A DNA stretch of 63,762 nucleotides, filler included, from Chrysochromulina tobinii (lineage: Eukaryota), in assembly GCA_001275005.1 (NCBI GenBank). It is 10 parts of 10 records of this genome, joined end to end, with 100 filler letters (N's around TTAATTAATTAA, not from the genome) between each part and the next. Parts side by side here need not be neighbours in the genome. Positions count along the whole stretch, not along the records: positions 26,372 to 35,554 come from JWZX01000587.1; positions 35,655 to 44,522 come from JWZX01000588.1; 8 more parts are not named here. One strand, given 5' to 3'. Of this stretch, positions 32,743 to 42,706 are shown one piece after another. Numbering within the stretch: the first letter of the stretch is position 1; each line of letters starts with the position of its first letter. A model generated the notes under the pieces. The model was given only the letters and a program-made list of their open reading frames with translations, made no database searches and was not told the origin of the DNA. The position numbers and the translations under genes were made by a program.

Positions 32743-35409
32743 TCAAAGCATCACCAAGTCCAGGCATGCAATGGGCGCCCGTGTCGAGATCGTGAGCTCG
32801 ATCGCCACCCCGCGCCAAAGTGCGGCACAGTCAGTCGTCTGCATCAGCGCCACCCCCAGCTCTTGCCACTCGAAGCGGAGCCGAGCGTACGCATGATCCT
32901 CGACCTCACATGCCACGAACACCCTACCGCCCGCGTGACACTCGCCCGCCGCTGCGGCCGCACGCGCTTCCTCCTCGCGTCTCAGCGCCTGGGCTTCGTT
33001 GGCTGCCCGCGCCGCCTCCGCTTCCGCTGCTGCCACCGCCTTGCGCGCCACCTTTGCCTCCGCTGCCGCCTCCGCCTCCTCCACCTCCTCCGCCTTGAGC
33101 TCTTCCTCCGCCTTGAGCTCAAGCAGGTTGATGCCTCCCGGGCGGAGCACGTGTCGATTGCGCTGGGTCCGATGTGTGCCAATCTCGCCCTTGGCGCCCG
33201 CGCGCAAGCTCTCAGCGATCTCGGCGCGAGGACGCAGCAGATGCTCGAGCTCCGCGTACGCAATTGAGCCGTCGGCCGAGCTGTCCAGCTCGTTGAAGAG
33301 ATCTCCGATGAGCTCAGGCTCGTCAATGGCGTACCCGAGTTGCCTGAGCCCACTGGTAAACTCTTCGCGTGTCACACCGCCGTCGTGGTCTCCATCCAAG
33401 GAGCGGAAGAGCTGGCTCACTCGGCCAGCGGATTGGGCGAGAGCCTCTCGAAGGGCGTCGATGCTCGCCTGCCGCCCCTCGCCCCGCCGCTCTCTCACGT
33501 CGCCGTGCCGAAGGGAGTGCCGGTTCTTCGCGGTGGCGGTGATCTCGCCGAGAGCTCCGTCCTGGAGTACCGCCGCCAACTCCATCCCACGGTCCGCTAG
33601 CCGGTCGACTGTGAGGAGTGCCTTGAGCTCGTCGTAGCGGATCTCGCCAGAACCATCGAGATCGAGCTCGTCGAACACGCTGTCGATGGCGTCCGTGTTG
33701 GAGCCGTCGTACCCGAGCAACGGCAGCGCACTCCGAAACTCGGCCTTGGACACTGAGCCGTCGCGGTCTTCGTCGAGCTGCTTGAAGAGGGTGATCACCT
33801 TGCCAGCCCCCGTCATCAGAGCATGCCGCAGCTGAACGGGGGCGATTGGAAGGGAGCGTTGGGGGGCGAGCGGCGGAGGGTCAGAGAGATAGGCCCGAGA
33901 TAGGTCCCGAGATGCCGAGACTTGGATCAGGAGTGGACTGCGCATTGGGCGGGAGGAGCGGATGGCGGGTCTACGTACCTCAGCCACAGTGGCCTCGCGC
34001 AGAGCTTGTGATGGCGCTCGCCGTTCCCGTACGTCTCGTCGCAGCTCGATGGCGTTCTTCGGGAGGGGTTCGATTGGCCCTCGGGCACCCTCACGGAGGG
34101 GTGCCCGCAAGCGCACGCGCTTTCCCGGGCGGAGTAGCCGGTAGAGCTCTTTGAACTCCACCTGACGACGAGCAAGGCAATCGGTGGTCATCAGAGCTCA
34201 TCAGCGCCACTGCGGAGGCAGCTGAGCTGGTAGAGCGCTTTGAAAGGCACCCACCTGCTGGTCGCCGTCCGCATCCAACTCGTCCCACAGATCGTCGAAC
34301 ACGTCGTCAAAGTGCGAGGCGAAGGTGGCCTGCAACGTCTCGCTCAGCCCCGTGCGCGTCGATCGATCGAGCACGAACGAACGCACACTGGCCCTGCGCG
34401 CACAAGGGCGCACCGGCAGCGCGGCAGGAGGTGGGCAAGAGGTGGGCCGACCGTCAAGCCAGCGACGCGCAGCGGCAGGCAGCCAACAGTCACATGTATA
34501 GCAAGAGCACGGGGATCGGGGGCAGGGGGCAGGGGGCAGGGGGCAAGGCGTGGTGGTGCAGCACAGTCCCACAGACCTCGACACGAAGCCGTTGTCATCG
34601 CACCCGAGCAAGTGGAACATGTCAACGATACGACGGTGCTCGATCGGGCGGGAGGCGGCCCCTCCACGTAGCGTCATGATGAGCGCCTTGCGCGCCACCT
34701 CGTGCTCATCATCGCCCTCTTCTTCTTCATCCGCCATCGCCTCCGCCGCTGCCACCGTGCCGTCACGCAGCTGGCGCAGACGATGCAATTGCTTCTGGAG
34801 CACATGGTTGTACGCCTCGGCCTCGGTGTAGCCACGGACCATCAGCGCCACCTGCGAGCGGACGCTCACGCGCACCTCCGCGGGCGCCTCTGCCTCGCCT
34901 AGCAGCTGTGGCAGCAGAGGAGGCAGCGGAGGAGGCTGGAGCAGCAACGACTCAGCCGAGGGGAAGTGAACCTTAGACGCGGTCGGGCGCCACGGCACGG
35001 TGGCACGCTCATCTTTGATGCTGAGCAGGGCGGCCTCGGAGCTGAAGCGCAGCAAGAAGCGCTTCTCGCCGCGCTCTTCCTGCTCGGCCCGCAGCGGCTC
35101 GAGGTCAGTCTTCTTTAACACGGCAAAGGATGACTTGGACCTTTGCATCACCTTGCGCAGCGTCCGCCCGCTGACCTCGTGATCGAGTTGACGCGCGAGC
35201 TTCTCCTCCGCCTTCTGAAGCTGCTGCATTTTGCGCTGCTGCTCCCGGAGCGACATAGCAACGAGGAGGGGTGGCTCGCCGCTAGCTGCAAACTCCTTGT
35301 CATGCGGGAACTTGTCAATCGGAGGGAGCAGAAATGGCAACGGCCGTGCCGGGGATCCTAGAGGTTGCGCCAAGGGATTGGAAGTGTAGATGATCTTCTT
35401 TCTGGTCAT
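32743..35409 (-). CDS. Multi-EF-hand calcium-binding protein, multi-exon (3' end uncertain)
   Basis: EF loops DADGDQQVEFKEL (after splicing), DEDRDGSVSKAEF, DLDGSGEIRYDEL, DGDHDGGVTREEF, DSSADGSIAYAEL. Confidence 0.8.
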
Positions 35410-35654
35410 TGATGGCGCCACTGGCTTCCAGCGAGGCGCCTTGGAAACGGGAGGGGCGAGTTTCTAACTGTTGGTTTCAACAAGAAACACTTCGCCTCTT
35501 TTCTCCCAAATCGGACTCCCATTTGAGACCTGGGGCCTTTTTGCCTAGGCCTCANNNNNNNNNNNNNNNNNNNNNNNNNNNNNNNNNNNNNNNNNNNNTT
35601 AATTAATTAANNNNNNNNNNNNNNNNNNNNNNNNNNNNNNNNNNNNNNNNNNNN

Positions 35655-35744
35655 CGATACATGCACGATACATGTTAGATACATGGGATACGTATCCTGA
35701 TAACAAACCCCCCCAAATTCGATAACAAACCCCCCGTCACCCTG
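35655..35744. mobile_element. Probable end of a hAT-like DNA transposon (subterminal repeats and CAGGG terminus on the minus strand)
   Basis: GATACAT repeats and two GATAACAAACCCCCC units ending in GTCACCCTG. The other end is not in the contig. Confidence 0.3.
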
Positions 35745-35928
35745 CCCAATATACCCCAAACGGCAGGGAGACCTCTCCCCGCATATCCCTTCCCCCTGGC
35801 CGGGCGACTGTCTGTCTCTCTTCACACGTTGGTTCACGGCCGCTTAACCGTTGGGGTCAAGCGGCACAGAGGAGCGGTAGCCTGCTGCGTTCCGTTCATT
35901 GACGATTGTCGCGAGACAAGTGGGGAAC

Positions 35929-36211
35929 CGTTCCGTGAGTCATGTTCCTGGGAGTTGGAACACTCACGTGACGTGGAGAATGGCCTTCCCCCGTGTCTCA
36001 GTGTGTGTGTGTATCATGTGTGTAGGTACGCGAAGCGTTACTGACGCTTACTGTGGGGAAATGCGGGGGGGTAGGCGTTCGCTGGAGTTGCGAGTCTCCG
36101 ACTGCGTGTCGCGTGGCTTGCTTGCGCCCGCCTGTGTGAGCGTGGCCTGCGGTGTTACCCGCAAGCAGTGTAAGCTGATTGAGAGACTAATCTGTCCTCG
36201 AACTTGGAACG
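35929..36211 (+). repeat. 5' LTR (283 bp, CGTTCC...GGAACG)
   Basis: Aligns with 42041-42326; similarity stops exactly at the CG ends; followed immediately by the PBS. Confidence 0.92.
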
Positions 36212-36227
36212 TGGTGACGTCTGTGGG
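36212..36227 (+). promoter_or_regulatory. Primer-binding site TGGTGACGTCTGTGGG (tRNA 3' end complement, probably tRNA-Leu)
   Basis: Starts with TGG directly after the LTR. The complement reads CCCAC-AGACGTC-A-CCA (T-stem, acceptor stem, A discriminator). Confidence 0.8.
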
Positions 36228-36245
36228 CTGCGATCCTACGCAACA

Positions 36246-39200
36246 ATGACATCGAAGACAATCGACATCAAGATCGCTTTTCAACAATACAATTGCCAGC
36301 CTGGCCGAGAGGAGTACGACCGGTTTGAGCGCAACTTGTGCGCACACGGCGGCGCCTCCGATGCCGAAGGATGGTCACTTGCTGACTGCTTGATGCGCAT
36401 CGACGACGGGGCAGTTGATGCAGCCGGCGTCCTGATGCCCGGTGTCAATCCCATACCCGCTGCAGGCGGTGGGAACCAAGGGCATTCAGCGCGCACATGC
36501 AGACGCAAGCGCCTCAAAGAAAGCTATAGCTTTATTATCAAGCATATCGACAACGCCGACGTGCTGCGCGCGCTCACCCAGCCTGGTCTTCTTGGCGATG
36601 GCCCGCTGGCACTCGATTTCATCAGATCGAGGTGTCGCACGGCAATGGACGTGGTTGATGCACAAGACAAGCAAGCCCAGTGGCACTCTATCACCATTGC
36701 CAAAGACATTGGAGCCAGTGAGAACACCATTATGGATCTGGACTCTCTGCTCATGACTATCAATGATGATCTACCCGCTGGCCTCCAATTTACAAGCGAC
36801 CAAATCTGCGAGAAAATTCTTCGCGAGATTGCTGTCGCTTCTCGGACCTTCCAGGTCACGGCTACCACCGAGCTGAATGCTCTGGAAGGCGTCCCTGGTC
36901 AGCCACTGGTCCGGCAATTTCAACTCGCGCCTGCCGCCCCTGGCGCTGTGCGCCTCCGCGACAAATCGGCGATGCTCGCATGGTTTCACGGACAGTGGCG
37001 TGCGGCCGTCAAGAACGGGACCATCGCGAAATCGGCTCCAACCTCACGCCACCCCGGAAAACCCAAGGCGACACTCGAATCTGGCCACTCTATGCGACAT
37101 GCAAGCATGGATACGGTCGATTCGGCGCTGCTTGTCCACAATGGCGTCGAGGCGCCCAGCTTCATTGGCCGCCATGTCTCGCCGACGCGTACGCTCTTCG
37201 CGCTGCAAGAGGCTGGCTTCGCCGTCCGCCGTGGGCTTACGACCACGACTGATTTTGAAGCCCTACCCGCGACAGAGCTCGTGCTCGCTGTTCAGGGTGA
37301 TTGCGAGGATTGCGACGCGCTCGGCTTCGAGCTCGAGCACGCCTTCGACGCTGATGGTGCCGAATCTGTCGATATAATCTGCCGCGGGTGCCGCGGCTTC
37401 GGGCACTTTGTCAAGCATTGCCCATCCCCCAAGAAATTTCGGTCCTATGACTACGCCATCACCATGCTGCAGAACGCCAAAGCGCGCGCAGAGGAACGCT
37501 CGCGTGCCGCCGGAGGCGCTTCGGGCGGCTCTCGCCCGCCGCCACGCGGCCAACGGGCGCCGTTCCAGCGCGGTCTTCCTCGCCGTTTCCAGCAGTCGGC
37601 TCAGCCGTTTCGTCGCTTCGTCAAGGGCACTGCCTCTGACAAGGCACGGCTGGCCGAGGAGGGAGTTGAAGACGGCGTCGAGGACGATGAGCCACCGGAA
37701 CCTGAGAAGATCCAGTCGGCGTCTATCCTCCAGCGCGAGGCACCCTCAATGCCGACCACCTTCTCCACCGACCACTTTGAGGGCAAGCAGCAGAACGAGA
37801 AAGCGATGCCACTCGACCTGGCGGACGCTTACATCCAGCTGCCCTACGAGCCGCCGCTCGTGCAATTCCCCGCCGACTTTCCTGCTGAGCAGGTACGCCC
37901 GACGGAGGGCCCGAGACCGTCGCCATCGACGCTGCCAATTGGCACGCACTCTGGCGACACGATCGCGGTGGGCACACCAATCCAGCCGCCAACTCGGCCG
38001 CGCTCTGTCGGCCTCCTGGGGCTTATCGGATTGCTTGCTGCTATCGTCTATGCCCTCCTGCTGGCTATCGAGTCGGCCGCTCTGCAGTGGATGCGCACGG
38101 TTGCTCGGACCGCTTGGGATACAGTCCCGGTTCTCGTCGTTGGACTGATGGGAGGATCGATGACGATATTCATTGTGGTACTCGCTCTAGCTGGACGCGC
38201 GAACGCGCTGCAGCTGACCTCGCATGTGAACACTCTCTCGACGCCCAAGTCCTTGCGCGTCATCGAGAAGGTTCACGCGATCACGAGCGAGCACATCTAC
38301 CTCGGAGACACCAACGTCAAGATGCAACGACCCAACGGACTACATCTTGAACCCGGTCTCATCGAGGGCGACGGTAAGATATTCTGGACCGTTGACAGCG
38401 GCGCAACGGCGATATGCATCCCGGTTGAAGATGAATGGATGCTCGACCGTGTCACCGACGCACACCCCAACATCGGTGTGGAAGCGGCGGACGGTATCCA
38501 ACTGGCAGTCAAAACTGTCGGCGTCATCAACGCAGACGGGCTGCTACCAGGTAAGATCGGGATCGAGACCTACGAGATCAAAGGAGGCCGCTGGGTGAAG
38601 AACGAGGAACCCAGCTACCCGACTATGAGCCGAGTACTCGTCACCCAAGGGCTCAAGCGAGGAACACGTCTCGCCGGCGTAGGGCCGCTCAAGAAAGACG
38701 GCCACTGGACGTACTTCAACAACGACAACTCTGCATCACTGGAGGATTGCCTCAAGTTGAAGAACGGACGATACGCCCTGTTTACCAACGACCCCAAACA
38801 CTACGAGGTCGTCTTCCGCGTCGCGCCCATGCCAGGCATCGAGGAGGCGCGCATGTCGCGGGATACGCGACGGTCTTCGCTCGAAGTGCACGCGTCGCTC
38901 ATGCACTGCAACTCGGCAGCCATTCGCAACAGTCACATTCACATCTCAGGTTTCAACCTCAATACGTTCTCCCTTGAAGCCTCAGCGTGCCACGGCTGCC
39001 GTCTTGGCAAGACCACGGCGCCGCCTCACCGCCGCAGCACTGCCCCTTCGCGCGGTGGAACGAGAGTACCCCCAGGTACGCACGGTACGCGCGCACCGTC
39101 TTCGACCGGATACACTCATTTCGGTCAACGCGTCGACTCGGACATCTCTACGACCTTCCCGGCATCTTGGCCGCATGGATTCACGGCTACGATTGACTTT

Positions 39201-41936
39201 TGCGACCGATACTCGGCGGATGTCTTCTATTTCTTCCTCGTACGCCGATCAGGGAGCGAAGTCGCTGGCGCGGCCCATGAGTTTGTCCGGCGTCATAAAG
39301 GCAAATTGCCTGACGGAACTGTCGGACGCTGGCACGTCGATAACGACTTATCTTTTGCCGGGCCGGACGTCGACAGCTTTGCAACCGAACTCGTCGAGAA
39401 CATCACTGCCCGAGTGCCGTACGACGCCAACACCAACCCTGTTGCTGAACGTCAACTCGGAACGGTCAAGATGGCCGTTAAGGCCGCACTCGCTTACGCT
39501 GGAGCCCCAGAGATCCTTTGGCCATGGGCTGTCTCCCAGTACGAACATGTGCGGCACTACATCAGTACAGAGGCGCTCCACCCGCCTATGTCACCGTATG
39601 CCTTTGCGCACCCCGACAGTGGTCCTGCTGACATGAGCTGGGCGAAACCGCTGTTCTGCGACGTCACCGTCCACCTTCCCTCGCGGGATTCGCAGGGTAA
39701 ACTTGCCTACACCGGCAGTGACGGCTGCTACCTCGGGAGAGATTTCAAACGAAACGCTGACTATGTGTACCTGCCGAAACAGGGCCGCATCTCCTCTTTT
39801 ACTGTCACGGACTGGCGCCCGCACTCATTCGTCACCTGCAAGGGTATCACCGCGGATACGCCCGTTGAGTACCGCGAGCCGCAGGATCTCCGAATGTCGC
39901 CGATGACAGCCGCCCTCGTGCCCAAGCACCTCACCGCCGGACGGCCACGTTCTGCTCACCTTCTCTCTTCGTCGGCGGACAAGGAGGGAGCACTCGTGCA
40001 GGGCAAGGAGGGAGCCGTGCACCAAAAGGAGGGAGAGATGCAACGCGTGCAGCACAAGGAGGGAGACAACGCGTCGATTATTGAGCAAGGTATACTTGGT
40101 CTCCAATCCTCCGGCGAAGAACAATTTGTGCAACACGCTGTGCAGGCGTTTCAGACAAGCGCAATCGAAGTAGCACAAGACTCCCATGAACCCGAGGCGG
40201 ACCTAGAGATCGAGCTCGTGGGCACCGAATCTGCAAAACAAGTGGGATTGCTATCTTCTAACGTCCTGAAGATCGCCTCGGTGGCGGACGCTATGGCTTC
40301 GCCTTACTGGGACCTCATCCGGTCAAATATGGAAGACGAGATTGCTGGCAAGATCGCCAACAAATTTGCAACCGTAGTCAAGAGAGAACCAGGAATGCAC
40401 GTGATGAAAGTCAAATGGGTGATCACCATCGCGCTCAACGACGACGGTAGCATCAAGAAAGTCAAAGCTCGTCTCGTCGGGTGTGGCTATTCACAAAAAG
40501 CCAAAGTCGACTACGACGAAGTCTATGCGCACTCTCTTCCCGCCGTGTGCTTTCGCCTGTTCGTATCGATATTGGCCGATGAAGACCTTGAATCTGACCA
40601 GATCGATGCTGTCAAGGCATTCACTCAAGCCGATCTCGACCGCGATCTTTACTGTAATATGCCCGAAGGATTCTCGATACCCGGACATGTACTCCACTTA
40701 CACAAATGCCTGGAGGGTGTCAAACAGGGAGCACATCTGTGGTACAAGAAGAACAAGTGGGCCATGAACAAATGCGGTCTGATCAGCGACACGGCTGAGC
40801 CCAACCTGTACATTCACGAGTCACTGCAGATCATCGCGGCGGTAGTGACCGACGATGTCGGGGTGGGATTTCACCACAGCGTACGCACGGAATATCTGGC
40901 GATCCGTAACGAGTACGCAAAGTTGATCAATATTGACTCGCCTGGACCAGACCTGACTCGACCGCTGACCGTGTTCACTGGCTGCGAGCTCACTCGGGAC
41001 AGACAGGCAAGGACCATCACTGTGACTATGCGAAACTATACCCAAAAGCTCGCTGTCCGGTACAAAGGGAAGTTCGCCCTCAACGATCTGCCCTACGCCG
41101 CGTCTAAGGCAAAGAGGGAGGAGTTCGAAGCGTTCAAGCCTACTACAGTCGGAAACACTGTCGACAAGGCGGAATATCTCAATGCCCTTGGATCGATCGG
41201 GTGGCCCATTGTTATGGTCCGATGCGAGTGTATGTACGCTTACTCCATCTTGGCGAGTCTGTCGATGGGCCCGACGGCGACACACCTCAATGCCGTCATG
41301 CATGTGATCGGATACCTCGTCGCCACTCAAGAACTTGGCTTGACTTACGGAGGTAAGCTCCGAGTCCCGCTAGGCTTGAGCGACATGCCGCCGTGGTTTG
41401 AGGAATCGCGTGGTCTTTTCACCTCCACTGATAGCTCGTGGGGCAAGTCGACACGACCTTACGGCGGCCACGTGGTCATGCGCACGAATGCTGCTCTGAT
41501 TTGGTCTAGCAAAGCGTTCAAGACGGTTATCCCGCAGAGCACGGCAGAAGCTGAGACTGCTCAGGCTTCTCTGGCTACCCGTGACACGCTATTCGTCAGA
41601 CGGGCGTGTGAAGGGATTAAGCGCACGGTCAAAGGGCCAACGATGCTCCTGGGAGATAATTCGGCTATGCATGACATCATTAAGAAAGATGGTACCACGA
41701 GTCGCTCGCGCTACTTTGAGCGCACGACTATGCTGGTCAAGTATGCGGTCTTACGCCTGATGATCGCCGTTCACCTAATTTCCACCAACGACATGATGGC
41801 GGACATATTCACTAAAGCTGTGGATAAGGATACTTTCCTCAGATTCCGCATGTGGATGTATAACGAGCCTATCAAGGATCGCAGCCGCTTCGGGAAAGCG
41901 GTGCAGGCCCTTGCGGAGGCACTGTGCAAGGCGTGA
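36246..41936 (+). CDS. Copia Gag-Pol polyprotein (about 1900 aa, uninterrupted)
   Basis: Zinc knuckle CRGCRGFGHFVKHC; protease VDSGAT; integrase HASLMH...CHGC with DSD / VDND / VAER; RT KARLVGCGYSQ, QIDAVKAF, VTDD; RNase H TDSSWG, STAEAE, GDN, ADIFTK. Confidence 0.95.
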   Translation: MTSKTIDIKIAFQQYNCQPGREEYDRFERNLCAHGGASDAEGWSLADCLMRIDDGAVDAAGVLMPGVNPIPAAGGGNQGHSARTCRRKRLKESYSFIIKHIDNADVLRALTQPGLLGDGPLALDFIRSRCRTAMDVVDAQDKQAQWHSITIAKDIGASENTIMDLDSLLMTINDDLPAGLQFTSDQICEKILREIAVASRTFQVTATTELNALEGVPGQPLVRQFQLAPAAPGAVRLRDKSAMLAWFHGQWRAAVKNGTIAKSAPTSRHPGKPKATLESGHSMRHASMDTVDSALLVHNGVEAPSFIGRHVSPTRTLFALQEAGFAVRRGLTTTTDFEALPATELVLAVQGDCEDCDALGFELEHAFDADGAESVDIICRGCRGFGHFVKHCPSPKKFRSYDYAITMLQNAKARAEERSRAAGGASGGSRPPPRGQRAPFQRGLPRRFQQSAQPFRRFVKGTASDKARLAEEGVEDGVEDDEPPEPEKIQSASILQREAPSMPTTFSTDHFEGKQQNEKAMPLDLADAYIQLPYEPPLVQFPADFPAEQVRPTEGPRPSPSTLPIGTHSGDTIAVGTPIQPPTRPRSVGLLGLIGLLAAIVYALLLAIESAALQWMRTVARTAWDTVPVLVVGLMGGSMTIFIVVLALAGRANALQLTSHVNTLSTPKSLRVIEKVHAITSEHIYLGDTNVKMQRPNGLHLEPGLIEGDGKIFWTVDSGATAICIPVEDEWMLDRVTDAHPNIGVEAADGIQLAVKTVGVINADGLLPGKIGIETYEIKGGRWVKNEEPSYPTMSRVLVTQGLKRGTRLAGVGPLKKDGHWTYFNNDNSASLEDCLKLKNGRYALFTNDPKHYEVVFRVAPMPGIEEARMSRDTRRSSLEVHASLMHCNSAAIRNSHIHISGFNLNTFSLEASACHGCRLGKTTAPPHRRSTAPSRGGTRVPPGTHGTRAPSSTGYTHFGQRVDSDISTTFPASWPHGFTATIDFCDRYSADVFYFFLVRRSGSEVAGAAHEFVRRHKGKLPDGTVGRWHVDNDLSFAGPDVDSFATELVENITARVPYDANTNPVAERQLGTVKMAVKAALAYAGAPEILWPWAVSQYEHVRHYISTEALHPPMSPYAFAHPDSGPADMSWAKPLFCDVTVHLPSRDSQGKLAYTGSDGCYLGRDFKRNADYVYLPKQGRISSFTVTDWRPHSFVTCKGITADTPVEYREPQDLRMSPMTAALVPKHLTAGRPRSAHLLSSSADKEGALVQGKEGAVHQKEGEMQRVQHKEGDNASIIEQGILGLQSSGEEQFVQHAVQAFQTSAIEVAQDSHEPEADLEIELVGTESAKQVGLLSSNVLKIASVADAMASPYWDLIRSNMEDEIAGKIANKFATVVKREPGMHVMKVKWVITIALNDDGSIKKVKARLVGCGYSQKAKVDYDEVYAHSLPAVCFRLFVSILADEDLESDQIDAVKAFTQADLDRDLYCNMPEGFSIPGHVLHLHKCLEGVKQGAHLWYKKNKWAMNKCGLISDTAEPNLYIHESLQIIAAVVTDDVGVGFHHSVRTEYLAIRNEYAKLINIDSPGPDLTRPLTVFTGCELTRDRQARTITVTMRNYTQKLAVRYKGKFALNDLPYAASKAKREEFEAFKPTTVGNTVDKAEYLNALGSIGWPIVMVRCECMYAYSILASLSMGPTATHLNAVMHVIGYLVATQELGLTYGGKLRVPLGLSDMPPWFEESRGLFTSTDSSWGKSTRPYGGHVVMRTNAALIWSSKAFKTVIPQSTAEAETAQASLATRDTLFVRRACEGIKRTVKGPTMLLGDNSAMHDIIKKDGTTSRSRYFERTTMLVKYAVLRLMIAVHLISTNDMMADIFTKAVDKDTFLRFRMWMYNEPIKDRSRFGKAVQALAEALCKA

Positions 41937-42031
41937 CATGAACCGGACATGTTCGTGCGGGGTGAGATGCCCTCCAACTGCGCATGATTCCCAGGCGCAG
42001 CGACATTGTCGGATGAGACCCTGGCTCGGCC

Positions 42032-42040
42032 AGGAGGGAG
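42032..42040 (+). promoter_or_regulatory. Polypurine tract AGGAGGGAG
   Basis: Purine run directly abutting the 3' LTR. Confidence 0.8.
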
Positions 42041-42326
42041 CGTTCCGTGAGTCAAGTTCCTGGGAGTTGGAACACTCACGTGACGTGGAGAATGGCCTTC
42101 CCCCGTGTCTCAATGTGTGTGTGCCATACAGTGTGTGTGTGTGCCATATAGGTACGCGAAGCGTATCTGTGGGGAAACGTGAGGGGTAGGCGTTCGCTGG
42201 AATTGTGAGTCTCCGACTGCGTGTCGCGTGGCTTGCTTGTGCCCGCCGGTGTGAGCGTGGCCTGCGGTGTTACCCGCAAGCAGTGTAAGCTGATTGACAG
42301 ACTAATCTGTCTGCGAACTCGGAACG
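42041..42326 (+). repeat. 3' LTR (286 bp, CGTTCC...GGAACG)
   Basis: Aligns with 35929-36211 with several substitutions and small indels. Confidence 0.92.
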
Positions 42327-42706
42327 AAAATCCATATTGACGCGCGCGCGGAACATAGCAAAAGGTCACTTGCGCCGTGTTGGGCACTGCTTGACGACAC
42401 TGGACCTTAGGCTTCACCACGTTGCCATTTGCGACAACTCCAGTGTTCGTTCCACCACTCCCAAAGTGTATGGTCGGTGGACCGTTCCTCGTACAACTAA
42501 TCAACGATTCAACTTCCATTGGGACATGTTGGGACATGTTTTAAGAACCTACTAAACTAATACTGACCGGACCTTTGTTTTCCTTTTGCGGAATCCGATT
42601 GCGCGAATTCCTCAATCAGAGACTGTAGGAATCACGCGCGAGTTTCTTAACGCCATCGTCGTCATCGTCATGACAACGTCTTTCCTATCCTCTCGACATC
42701 TGAATT

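Larger units (their letters stand above)
35929..42326 (+). mobile_element. Full-length Ty1/Copia LTR retrotransposon with non-canonical CG...CG LTR termini
   Basis: Two similar LTRs, PBS, PPT and a single gag-pol ORF in Copia order (PR-IN-RT-RH). Confidence 0.95.

Noticed and set aside
36212..36239. tRNA gene
   Set aside because: Only the 3' portion of a tRNA is matched, and its position identifies it as the retrotransposon PBS.
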